Shown: positions 16,331 to 23,562 of the stretch, in pieces
Numbering within the stretch: position 1 is the stretch's first letter
Layout of the letters: each line of letters opens with the position of its first letter
Source of the DNA: a virus
Lineage: Duplodnaviria; Heunggongvirae; Uroviricota; Caudoviricetes
Length of the DNA stretch: 27,673 bases
Virus record (IMG/VR): IMGVR_UViG_2713896729_000005
Strand: one strand, 5' to 3'
Made by a program: the position numbers and the translations under genes
Notes under the pieces: generated by a model
Seen by the model: the letters and a program-made list of their open reading frames with translations, nothing else
What the model was told of the DNA's origin: nothing
Databases searched by the model: none

Positions 16331-16609
16331 TTACCTCCAGATCCGTTGCTGGTATGTGCGGGATGAACGCGGTGGGCGTTCGGAGTAAGGGAGTCTGACT
16401 GAGATTATCCAGTGACGGTAGTCGAGGCTAAGAGCTTTCTTAACCTCGTATCCGCGCCTGCGGTAACACTGAATTATCCATTCCGCCTGCTCTTCAGTGC
16501 ATGGAGGATGCTGGAACCAGTCTGATTTGAATGCGTGAAAACGCCGTCCGCACCTACTGGCAAAGACGGCAGAATCATTAGAATTGTGTAATTTGGTATC
16601 GTGCGCCAT
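16331..16609 (-). CDS. Rem-like small protein; start chosen at internal ATG
   Basis: 92-aa product MAHDTKLHNSNDSAVFASRCGRRFHAFKSDWFQHPPCTEEQAEW...; position between ydfU-like and hok as in Qin; the ORF track shows a 135-aa extension. Confidence 0.5.
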   Translation of the reverse strand: MAHDTKLHNSNDSAVFASRCGRRFHAFKSDWFQHPPCTEEQAEWIIQCYRRRGYEVKKALSLDYRHWIISVRLPYSERPPRSSRTYQQRIWR

Positions 16610-16776
16610 CGGTTGTCTCTGCTGGCGCAGCAGGTGCCAGTTGTTCAGGCTGGCGTGCGAATTGTAAACCAGAATGCCAGGAAAAAACAAAACCCGCCGA
16701 AGCGGGTTACGTGCGGGTGCGTTGAGGATGCCTGACACATCAGAGGTGGCGAGGGATTTCTCCCCCGCCAGGTCTC

Positions 16777-16932
16777 TTACTCCTCAGGTTCGTAAGCTGT
16801 GAAGACAGCGACCTCCGTCTGGCCGGTTCGGATTCGTACCTCGCAGAGGTCTTTCCTCGTTACCAGTGCCGTCACTATGACGGTTAAACAGATGACGATC
16901 AGGGCGATTAACATCGCCTTTTGCTGCTTCAT
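16777..16932 (-). CDS. hok: Hok/Gef-family type I toxin (membrane-depolarising peptide)
   Basis: 51-aa ORF found by manual translation: MKQQKAMLIALIVICLTVIVTALVTRKDLCEVRIRTGQTEVAVFTAYEPEE; below the ORF-track size cutoff. Confidence 0.85.
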   Translation of the reverse strand: MKQQKAMLIALIVICLTVIVTALVTRKDLCEVRIRTGQTEVAVFTAYEPEE

Positions 16933-17190
16933 AGCCTGCTTCTCCTTGACCTTTCGGTCCGTAAGAGGCTAATCTCTATGTGTCGCATAGATATGGCCTC
17001 AGATTAATGTTAAGCGTCTTGCAGGACGCGTAATGTTAACTGGGGCTTTTCTCTATCTGCCTTTTGGTGTTCATGCCTGAGACAGATAGCCTCAAGCACC
17101 CGCAGTCATTCTACTTAACTAAGATTTCCCCGCAAACCGTTTTTGTCCGGCACAGTAAATATCCAACTAAACCAATGGCGTTCGCTGTAT

Positions 17191-17370
17191 TTACCGCCAG
17201 TATTCAATGCACATGACCGCCATGAACACCCCTAAAAAAAGGGCATTTATATATCCAAATATTAATATCAAAACATCAACTTTTTCCATATACCTTGCTG
17301 TGAAGATGATGGGCATACATGATACGAACAACCAGAACGCAACAAACAAAAACTGCAATGCGTTTTTCAT
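17191..17370 (-). CDS. Hypothetical small hydrophobic protein (59 aa, about 2 TM helices)
   Basis: ATG preceded by strong RBS (AGGAGG); MKNALQFLFVAFWLFVSCMPIIFTARYMEKVDVLILIFGYINALFLGVFMAVMCIEYWR; AT-rich. Confidence 0.45.
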   Translation of the reverse strand: MKNALQFLFVAFWLFVSCMPIIFTARYMEKVDVLILIFGYINALFLGVFMAVMCIEYWR

Positions 17371-17599
17371 TATTCCTCCTACAATCAATGTGCAATTACA
17401 TTTAAACACACCTCAATTTGGCCGGACATATAAATATCTAAACCAGAAAAAATCACTTACATAGCGTTACAAACTCTTTAGTCTAAATATTCATCGTAAA
17501 ACATTCCCCATACTTATCAGCCCGTTCTGCGCCAGGTAGCTCATTGCCTTATCTGGGAATCTGTAATCAGGTTTCCGGATGCTGGTGGATTTTCGCGTT

Positions 17600-17857
17600 T
17601 TAGTTGTTCATAAAAGTGCACAGCTTTAACCAGTTCTTCTGATGTAACCGGGACTGGCGGGGCAGTGAATAAGGCCTGAATTTCATAGTTCGGCCTGTCG
17701 TTACAATCCTCTTTTTTCGGTACATATTTCCAGTCACCAGACCACTACTTCCCCTGAAAGTCCGTAACGCCTTTTTTTTCACGTAGCGATATCGCCATGC
17801 CACTGTTTTTGCTTGCCCCGCCGTTTCATGCCCTTCCTGATAATTAACCTCGCTCAT
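17600..17857 (-). CDS. Possible small basic protein (85 aa); weak call
   Basis: Start ATG overlaps the stop of the upstream acidic ORF (ATGA), suggesting coupling, but composition is unusual and the region could be non-coding. Confidence 0.3.
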   Translation of the reverse strand: MSEVNYQEGHETAGQAKTVAWRYRYVKKKALRTFRGSSGLVTGNMYRKKRIVTTGRTMKFRPYSLPRQSRLHQKNWLKLCTFMNN

Positions 17858-18030
17858 TCATCGCCCCACTCATCACAATATGCTTCGACCGGAGTTTTTC
17901 CTGCTTCATAATCATCACGCCATGCTTCAGCATCAGCAGCACTGCCACCACGTAACTCTGCATAGTCCATTAACAGTTCATGCCATTCTTCAAAACTGAC
18001 GTTGTATTTAGTTGAACCAAAATCAGCCAT
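17854..18030 (-). CDS. Hypothetical small acidic protein (58 aa)
   Basis: Manual translation MADFGSTKYNVSFEEWHELLMDYAELRGGSAADAEAWRDDYEAGKTPVEAYCDEWGDE; start overlaps stop of upstream ORF (ATGGCTGA). Confidence 0.5.
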   Translation of the reverse strand: MADFGSTKYNVSFEEWHELLMDYAELRGGSAADAEAWRDDYEAGKTPVEAYCDEWGDE

Positions 18031-18205
18031 TTTGTTCTTCCTCTTCGTCTTTTATTTCGTGATATGAGTAATTGCAGTAGTTAAAGAAAATATCTTTTGC
18101 TTCGTCATGTATTTCATCAGGCGTCGCATCATCATCCACTTCGAATTCATCCTCGAAATCTCCACCGGCTATTCCCGTTTCAATAATTATTTTAAACTTT
18201 CGCAT
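18023..18205 (-). CDS. Hypothetical small, highly acidic protein (60 aa)
   Basis: MRKFKIIIETGIAGGDFEDEFEVDDDATPDEIHDEAKDIFFNYCNYSYHEIKDEEEEQNG; about one third D/E. Confidence 0.5.
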   Translation of the reverse strand: MRKFKIIIETGIAGGDFEDEFEVDDDATPDEIHDEAKDIFFNYCNYSYHEIKDEEEEQNG

Positions 18206-18298
18206 TTAACTACCGCCCTTTCGGGCGGCCTCCTGATGTTCTGAGGGTGCAGAAATCCCTCCGGTTAAGGATTAAATTTTTAACAGAGCTAAATTTAA

Positions 18299-18655
18299 TT
18301 ATTCAGTTCTGGATTTTGTCGCCCTGCGTATCCGCGCTTTCGCGTTACGCTCAATCTGAATTAGCTTTTCTATATTTTTTCGCCTTTCCCGCTCCTCCTG
18401 ACGCAAGAGCCTTACATCATCTGCCAGTCTGGTTTCTCTTTTCGCCACAGAGAGCATCCAGTCAAATGGCTCCACAACTGCACCGCAGATTTTACAGCGG
18501 ACCTGACGCTCTTTTTCGTCAACCCGGACAGAGGCGTGATGACAATATGGTCTTTCCGATGGCTCATAAAGAAAATTAACCTGATTACGAGGGTCATCCT
18601 CTTTTACCGGAAATAAAACGATATTGCTTAACTCATCCTCTGGTTTTATTTCCAT
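18299..18655 (-). CDS. Hypothetical protein with possible zinc-binding motif (HH...CKICG)
   Basis: 118-aa product from internal ATG with strong RBS (AAGGAGAGGAG); the ORF track shows a 19-codon upstream extension. Confidence 0.5.
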   Translation of the reverse strand: MEIKPEDELSNIVLFPVKEDDPRNQVNFLYEPSERPYCHHASVRVDEKERQVRCKICGAVVEPFDWMLSVAKRETRLADDVRLLRQEERERRKNIEKLIQIERNAKARIRRATKSRTE

Positions 18656-18712
18656 GCTCCTCTCCTTTGATGCGAATGCCAGCGGTAATTGAAGCCTGAT
18701 AGCTAATTTCAC

Positions 18713-19135
18713 TCACAGTACCGCCTCCTGAAAATTACCCTGATAGAAAGCCAGTACACGCTGCATAGCTTCACTCTTCCGGCACTCGCGACAGATTATG
18801 TTTAGGCGACTGTCGTAGCGACGTATTTCTCCGTCAGGTGATGACCAGATAAGGTCCGGATCAACCACAGCAGGTTTCTTCACCTTTGCCCTCGAGAGTT
18901 TTTTGCGGGCGTTTTGCCAGTCCTTACGCGCCTGTTCAGAGGGGAATAACCCGTAGCCGGAGTTGTATACATCGCCGCTGGCAACCAGCTCTCTTGCGAG
19001 AACGCTCATCAGATATCTTGTCGCACCTGTCTTGACTTCCAGTTGCCGTAACGTCTCACGCCCACTCTGGCGTACGAGTTCAACAACCTGCCCTTTAATT
19101 TTTTCTCGCTCTTCTTGTGTAAAAACTTTTGCCAC
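18713..19135 (-). CDS. Hypothetical protein with Ren-like C-terminus
   Basis: 140-aa ORF; C-terminal ...ICRECRKSEAMQRVLAFY resembles the ...FKECRQSAAMKRVLALY end of Ren from the first prophage; follows the replication gene. Confidence 0.5.
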   Translation of the reverse strand: MAKVFTQEEREKIKGQVVELVRQSGRETLRQLEVKTGATRYLMSVLARELVASGDVYNSGYGLFPSEQARKDWQNARKKLSRAKVKKPAVVDPDLIWSSPDGEIRRYDSRLNIICRECRKSEAMQRVLAFYQGNFQEAVL

Positions 19136-19175
19136 AAGCCCTCCTGAAAATTACCTCATGACCAGAAATCAACAC

Positions 19176-20252
19176 TTACCCCCTGAAGCCCGGTGGAATT
19201 TCGGTATCCGGTTCAGAAATATGATTCACACAACGCTGGTTGTTCGTGCCGCTTACCGGGAGCAACCAGGGGTTCTCAAAATTCCGGTCCGGTCCAAAAA
19301 ACGTCGTCGCTCGCTGAACAAATTCCGTTCCCGTTTTCCCGGTAGCCGCCAAGTATCTTGCGTAACGCCTCACGCCATCCAGCATGGCCTCTGGTGGCAC
19401 CCCCTCGCGTAATCTGGCCTTCCAGGCACTGAAAGCGGATTTCTTCGGGTTTGCTCCGGCACGCAACGGGTACTCCCGCCAGACCTGTTCGAACACATCC
19501 GGATAATCCACTCGTCCCACAGACAGCCCGGTGTTTTCCGGGACTACCCGATCGGCTTCCCGCTGAATGGCGGAATCGGCTTCAGGCTGCTGCAGTTGGT
19601 GTGATTGCTCCGGCCTTGGGGTCATCACCTGCTGCACAGCGCCCGAATCGGCTTTCAGCGCATACGCTGAATCGGCTTCCGGTGTCGTGCCTGCTGGCTG
19701 ACCAGGATTGACGGTCTGAACATCCCCTGCCTGGTTCGTGGCGTTTTTTACGCCATGGACCATAGTGTTTTGATCTTCTTGATCTGTATCTTTATCTGTA
19801 TCTTTATCTGTCGTGACTCGTCGTGACATGTGCGTGACATTTCGTGACGCGCCGTGACAATCGCCATTTTGTTCCCGCTTTCTTTCCCTCTCTCGCTGCG
19901 CCCTCTTGCGCTCTGCCGGAGATTTTGCGGTTTGCGAAATATTGCCGTTGTCCTCTTTCAGCACCTGGCGTTTTTCCCATCCAGTGATTAAATCACCATC
20001 AAGTACCCGCCCCTGCATCGTCTGCAAAATTGAATCAATTACCTCTTCTGTCACGTCGAGCGCACTTGCCAAATCTTCTGTCGTGACATCAATGTGACCT
20101 CGCGTGACATTTCGTGACGCGCTCACCAGGAGGTGGATATACACTGCCATCACTGTTGCAATTGGCTGCCCTGACACCCTGGCAATTGTTCGCCACTTAG
20201 GGTCATTTGGCATGTCATGCCATAATCTGAGCCAGGCGTTAGCCATACTCAC
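19176..20252 (-). CDS. Putative phage replication initiator / replisome organiser with internal iteron-like repeats
   Basis: 358-aa ORF in the O-gene position (after cro and YdaT); contains two clusters of short direct repeats that translate to the repeated peptide ASRNVT and DKDTDKDTD. Confidence 0.55.
   Translation of the reverse strand: MSMANAWLRLWHDMPNDPKWRTIARVSGQPIATVMAVYIHLLVSASRNVTRGHIDVTTEDLASALDVTEEVIDSILQTMQGRVLDGDLITGWEKRQVLKEDNGNISQTAKSPAERKRAQRERERKREQNGDCHGASRNVTHMSRRVTTDKDTDKDTDQEDQNTMVHGVKNATNQAGDVQTVNPGQPAGTTPEADSAYALKADSGAVQQVMTPRPEQSHQLQQPEADSAIQREADRVVPENTGLSVGRVDYPDVFEQVWREYPLRAGANPKKSAFSAWKARLREGVPPEAMLDGVRRYARYLAATGKTGTEFVQRATTFFGPDRNFENPWLLPVSGTNNQRCVNHISEPDTEIPPGFRG
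19771..19860. repeat. Iteron-like direct repeats (TATCTTTATCTG x2-3; CGTGAC x5) inside the replication gene
   Basis: Seen in sequence; includes the 21-mer GCGTGACATTTCGTGACGCGC at 19832-19852. Confidence 0.6.
20080..20122. repeat. Second iteron cluster; 21-mer GCGTGACATTTCGTGACGCGC repeated exactly at 20102-20122
   Basis: Perfect 21-bp direct repeat of 19832-19852, 270 bp apart. Confidence 0.6.
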
Positions 20253-20317
20253 CTCTTCTGATACCGAATCTTTTTACTCACGAGTTGCCGGAAGCGATTC
20301 GATATGGCTATTGTCAG

Positions 20318-20743
20318 TCAATGTACTGCCACAGCATTTCCTGCCGGGCCACCACGGTTCATCTGATTGAAACCGGCGATTGCCACTGCGACAAAATCAT
20401 CAGCGTCTCTCACCAGTCGCTCCCGCGTCTCCACCAGCTCCCGAAAATAAGCTGAACTGTGGCTGCGCATTCTGGCCACCAGCAAAGGTGGCATTGCCTT
20501 TTCGATCGCTGGTAACAACGCCTGAATTTTTTCAACTGCATCAGGGGTGTCTTTCTCTACCCAGCGGAAAATTTTCTGGGTATTGCGAGCCAGGGCTTCC
20601 GGATGGCTGTCGTCATACAGTTCCGGGAACGTCATTCCCAGCTCGAAATACGCTTTGGTAATTTTCGCAGCCGGTACTTTTTCGCCGTCCGGATGCGCCC
20701 AGGCATTCATCGCCATGCGGATGTGTTCATGCTTGATTTTCAT
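20318..20743 (-). CDS. YdaT-family protein (CII-position regulator)
   Basis: 141-aa ORF beginning MKIKHEHI and ending AVH, matching the remembered start and end pattern of Rac YdaT. Confidence 0.7.
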   Translation of the reverse strand: MKIKHEHIRMAMNAWAHPDGEKVPAAKITKAYFELGMTFPELYDDSHPEALARNTQKIFRWVEKDTPDAVEKIQALLPAIEKAMPPLLVARMRSHSSAYFRELVETRERLVRDADDFVAVAIAGFNQMNRGGPAGNAVAVH

Positions 20744-20970
20744 GAATCCCCCCCTTGGTTAGAAGGCGGATTATGATCAGAACCGGGAATGACAACCGTC
20801 GGTATGTGTAACTCATATTTGAGCGCCCCGGCAGTGACTGCCTGAATTAGCAACGCCCATTTCCACGGAACCTCTTCCCCCCACATGCTGACTGTGGTTT
20901 TTGACGTTCCTAGAGCTGCGGCTGTTTTAACAACTCCGCCAAAATAGCCTAATACTTCTGATTTTTTCAT
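20740..20970 (-). CDS. Cro-like regulator (DicC/YdaS-like), 76 aa
   Basis: MKKSEVLGYFGGVVKTAAALGTSKTTVSMWGEEVPWKWALLIQAVTAGALKYE...; divergent from the repressor gene; internal start chosen, the ORF track extends 16 codons upstream. Confidence 0.65.
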   Translation of the reverse strand: MKKSEVLGYFGGVVKTAAALGTSKTTVSMWGEEVPWKWALLIQAVTAGALKYELHIPTVVIPGSDHNPPSNQGGDS

Positions 20971-21061
20971 GAGTCGCTCCATAAAACTGAACGTCAAAAG
21001 TTTAATAATCAAAACCAAAGAAAGTCAAGAAACAAAACCATCTGTGTTTTAAAATCAAAAC
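20971..21061. promoter_or_regulatory. Divergent operator/promoter region between cro-like and repressor genes of the second prophage
   Basis: 91-bp AT-rich intergenic region with the palindromic element AAAACCATCTGTGTTTT. Confidence 0.4.
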
Positions 21062-21700
21062 ATGAGCAAGCAAACTATATCTGAACGCATAACCCAACGT
21101 ATGCATGCGCTAAACCTGAAAGGCAAAGACCTTGTCAATGGCACTGGCGCATCAAAAGGCTCCGTAAGTCAATGGATGAACGGTGGAGGAGCGCCGTCCT
21201 CGCGTTACATAAGTTCACTGGCAAAAATATTGAAAGTAAACGAAAATTGGCTTCTTAATGGAGGAGAGTTAAATACAGGTGATTCGCTTGATCTATCTTT
21301 ACCGCCGATAAAAACGGTTCCGCTACTATCACTTCAGCAGGCAGCAAGCTGGAGTGATTATATGAAAAATTCCTCAATAACCTCTTGTGTGCAGCTTGTC
21401 GGAGAAATCCCGGTCAATACCTTTGCAGTTGTTCTAGAGAGTGACAGTATGTCAACATCTGGTGGGGGAGTTTCCATCCCAAATGGTTCAACAGTTTTTG
21501 TTGATCCCGATCGAACCGTACAACCAGGAAATATTGTCCTTGCCTTACCCAAAGGGACCACAACACCTGTCATTCGTAAACTGGAGATAGAAGGGCCGGA
21601 TATTCTTTTAGTCCCCACGAATCCTCGCTACCCTTCAATTATGCTGGATGATCTATCTTGCATATTGGGCGTATGCTTTAAAATTCAACAAGATATTTAA
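21062..21700 (+). CDS. CI-type repressor (HTH plus S24 peptidase), heteroimmune to the first prophage repressor
   Basis: 212-aa ORF; S24 motifs ESDSM and downstream Lys (IRKL); N-terminal HTH; sequence unlike the repressor at 8039..8728. Confidence 0.8.
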   Translation: MSKQTISERITQRMHALNLKGKDLVNGTGASKGSVSQWMNGGGAPSSRYISSLAKILKVNENWLLNGGELNTGDSLDLSLPPIKTVPLLSLQQAASWSDYMKNSSITSCVQLVGEIPVNTFAVVLESDSMSTSGGGVSIPNGSTVFVDPDRTVQPGNIVLALPKGTTTPVIRKLEIEGPDILLVPTNPRYPSIMLDDLSCILGVCFKIQQDI

Positions 21701-21992
21701 CCAACCTCATCTATTTGATTAACTGTATGCCATCGTGGTGATGGCTTAACAGCTGCCTGCTTAAAATGTTTTGATAAAAAAACATTGACCTGGAAAGTTC
21801 GTCTTTCTAAACTTCATTCATTCCCTCACCCCATCCTACAGAATGCAGGGCAATACTTCGAGTTACCAGGCAGTGGTCAGGGGTTAAGTAGCCAGCCCGA
21901 GGCGTAAGAACATGACGGCAGGGTTCAACTTTAATAACTATGCAGCAGGTTTTTGTTCCGCTACCCCGGCGTTAAGGGGAAATGAGGTCAGC

Positions 21993-22148
21993 ATGGATAC
22001 TATCGATCTTGGCAACAACGAATCTCTGGTGTACGGCGTGTTTCCAAACCAGGACGGCACCTTCACCGCAATGACGTATACCAAAAGCAAAACGTTTAAA
22101 ACCGAAAATGGTGCCCGTCGCTGGCTGGAAAGAAACTCAGGTGAGTGA
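21993..22148 (+). CDS. ydfA: YdfA-like small protein (51 aa)
   Basis: MDTIDLGNNESLVYGVFPNQDGTFTAMTYTKSKTFKTENGARRWLERNSGE with GAGG RBS; matches remembered Qin ydfA. Confidence 0.65.
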   Translation: MDTIDLGNNESLVYGVFPNQDGTFTAMTYTKSKTFKTENGARRWLERNSGE

Positions 22149-22149
22149 T

Positions 22150-22278
22150 ATGGATTTTGACACAATCATGGAAAAGGCTTACGAAGAATACTTCGAAGGC
22201 CTTGCCGAAGGCGAAGAAGCTCACAGCTTCAACGAATTTAAACAGGCGCTTTCCAGTTCGGCAAAATCTAACGGCTGA
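22150..22278 (+). CDS. ydfB: YdfB-like small protein (42 aa)
   Basis: Manual translation MDFDTIMEKAYEEYFEGLAEGEEAHSFNEFKQALSSSAKSNG; start overlaps ydfA stop. Confidence 0.6.
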   Translation: MDFDTIMEKAYEEYFEGLAEGEEAHSFNEFKQALSSSAKSNG

Positions 22279-22307
22279 TAAGCGAAACAGCACCGCGAGG
22301 AATCAGT

Positions 22308-22526
22308 ATGCAGAAACGAGAACCCGTCATCATCGCGCCAGACTATACCGATGATGAACTTTATGAGTGGATGCGCCAGAAAATTAATGCAGCGCAGGAT
22401 CTGAAATGGGCCAATGAAGCCAGGGCTAAGCAGGCTGAAAATCTGTCCGCTCTGGAGCAGGATATCACCAATCTGGAAAAAGCAGCGGCATTAAGCATTG
22501 CCAGAATGATTACATACCCGCGTTAA
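22308..22526 (+). CDS. ydfC: YdfC-like protein (72 aa)
   Basis: MQKREPVIIAPDYTDDELYEWMRQKINAAQDLKWANEARAKQAENLSALEQDITNLEKAAALSIARMITYPR. Confidence 0.7.
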   Translation: MQKREPVIIAPDYTDDELYEWMRQKINAAQDLKWANEARAKQAENLSALEQDITNLEKAAALSIARMITYPR

Positions 22527-22866
22527 TAGCTAACCAACGAAGCTAAGGTTGGTAATTAAGGAGTTCTCCACGGGTGAGGTGGAGTGCGTGCGCCGGACAC
22601 GGGTGAGCATCCGGCACTGACAGTTTACTGAAAGGATATTTCCCTGAAAAGTCAGACCATAACGCGAAAGCGCACGGCGAGGTAGCTGGTTCATAGATAG
22701 CCTGTCGTTAAATTTTCGTCGACCGTGCGCTTCCGGTTGTGGCAACCCGCGAAATGGTGCGGCGGTAAGTATGGCGGGGTTATTTCTTCCCCGTTGAGGA
22801 CACCGGGTTGTCAGGTTGACCATACGCTTAAGTGACAACCCCGCTGCAACGCCCTCTGTTATCAAT

Positions 22867-22919
22867 TTTCTGGTGACGTTTGGCGGTATCAGTTTTACTC
22901 CGTGACTGCTCTGCCGCCC
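22867..22919 (+). ncRNA. dicF: DicF small RNA (trans-acting sRNA that represses ftsZ)
   Basis: Sequence TTTCTGGTGACGTTTGGCGGTATCAGTTTTACTCCGTGACTGCTCTGCCGCCC matches my memory of the 53-nt DicF RNA; correct position between ydfC and dicB; followed by a T-run. Confidence 0.7.
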
Positions 22920-23093
22920 TTTTTAAAGTGAATTTTGTGATGTGGTGAATGCGGCTGAGCGCACGCGGAACAGTTAAAACCAAAAACAGTGTTATGGGTG
23001 GATTCTCTGTATCCGGCGTTAATTGTTAACTGGTTAACGTCACCTGGAGGCACCAGGCACTGCATCACAAAATTCATTGTTGAGGACGCGATA

Positions 23094-23282
23094 ATGAAAA
23101 CGTTATTACCAAACGTTAATACGTCTGAAGGTTGTTTTGAAATTGGTGTCACTATCAGTAACCCAGTATTTACTGAAGATGCCATTAACAAGAGAAAACA
23201 AGAACGGGAGCTATTAAATAAAATATGCATTGTTTCAATGCTGGCTCGTTTACGTCTGATGCCAAAAGGATGTGCACAATGA
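23094..23282 (+). CDS. dicB: DicB cell-division inhibitor (acts through MinC)
   Basis: 62-aa ORF MKTLLPNVNTSEGCFEIGVTISNPVFTEDAINKRKQERELLNKICIVSMLARLRLMPKGCAQ; the ORF track extends upstream, the internal ATG fits the known size. Confidence 0.85.
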   Translation: MKTLLPNVNTSEGCFEIGVTISNPVFTEDAINKRKQERELLNKICIVSMLARLRLMPKGCAQ

Positions 23283-23470
23283 ATTCAGCATTTGTGCTTG
23301 TTCTGACAGTTTTTCTTGTTTCCGGAGAGCCAGTTGATATTGCAGTCAGTGTTCACAGGACAATGCAGGAGTGTATGACTGCAGCAACCGAACAGAAAAT
23401 TCCCGGTAACTGTTACCCGGTCGATAAAGTTATTCACCAGGATAATATCGAAATCCCGGCAGGTCTTTAA
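23279..23470 (+). CDS. ydfD: YdfD-like small membrane protein
   Basis: 63-aa ORF MNSAFVLVLTVFLVSGEPVDIAVSVHRTMQECMTAATEQKIPGNCYPVDKVIHQDNIEIPAGL; start overlaps dicB stop. Confidence 0.8.
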   Translation: MNSAFVLVLTVFLVSGEPVDIAVSVHRTMQECMTAATEQKIPGNCYPVDKVIHQDNIEIPAGL

Positions 23471-23562
23471 AACAGTTCCGTAATAAATATCCGGTTTCAT
23501 TCTTATATGCCAGCAATGGCAGGGATTTGTTCATCCTTAAATCTGTCATGAGGTTAAAACAA

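Noticed and set aside
18247-18597. ORFs 18247..18579 (+) and 18412..18597 (-) overlapping the 118-aa gene
   Set aside because: Overlap a better-supported minus-strand ORF with strong RBS; likely non-coding frames.
19771-20122. Possible CRISPR array suggested by short direct repeats
   Set aside because: Repeats are short (6-21 bp), irregularly spaced, inside a coding sequence, and have no cas genes nearby; interpreted as replication iterons.
22530-22865. 111-aa minus-strand ORF upstream of dicB
   Set aside because: Overlaps the dicF precursor transcript region on the opposite strand; no RBS or homology support.
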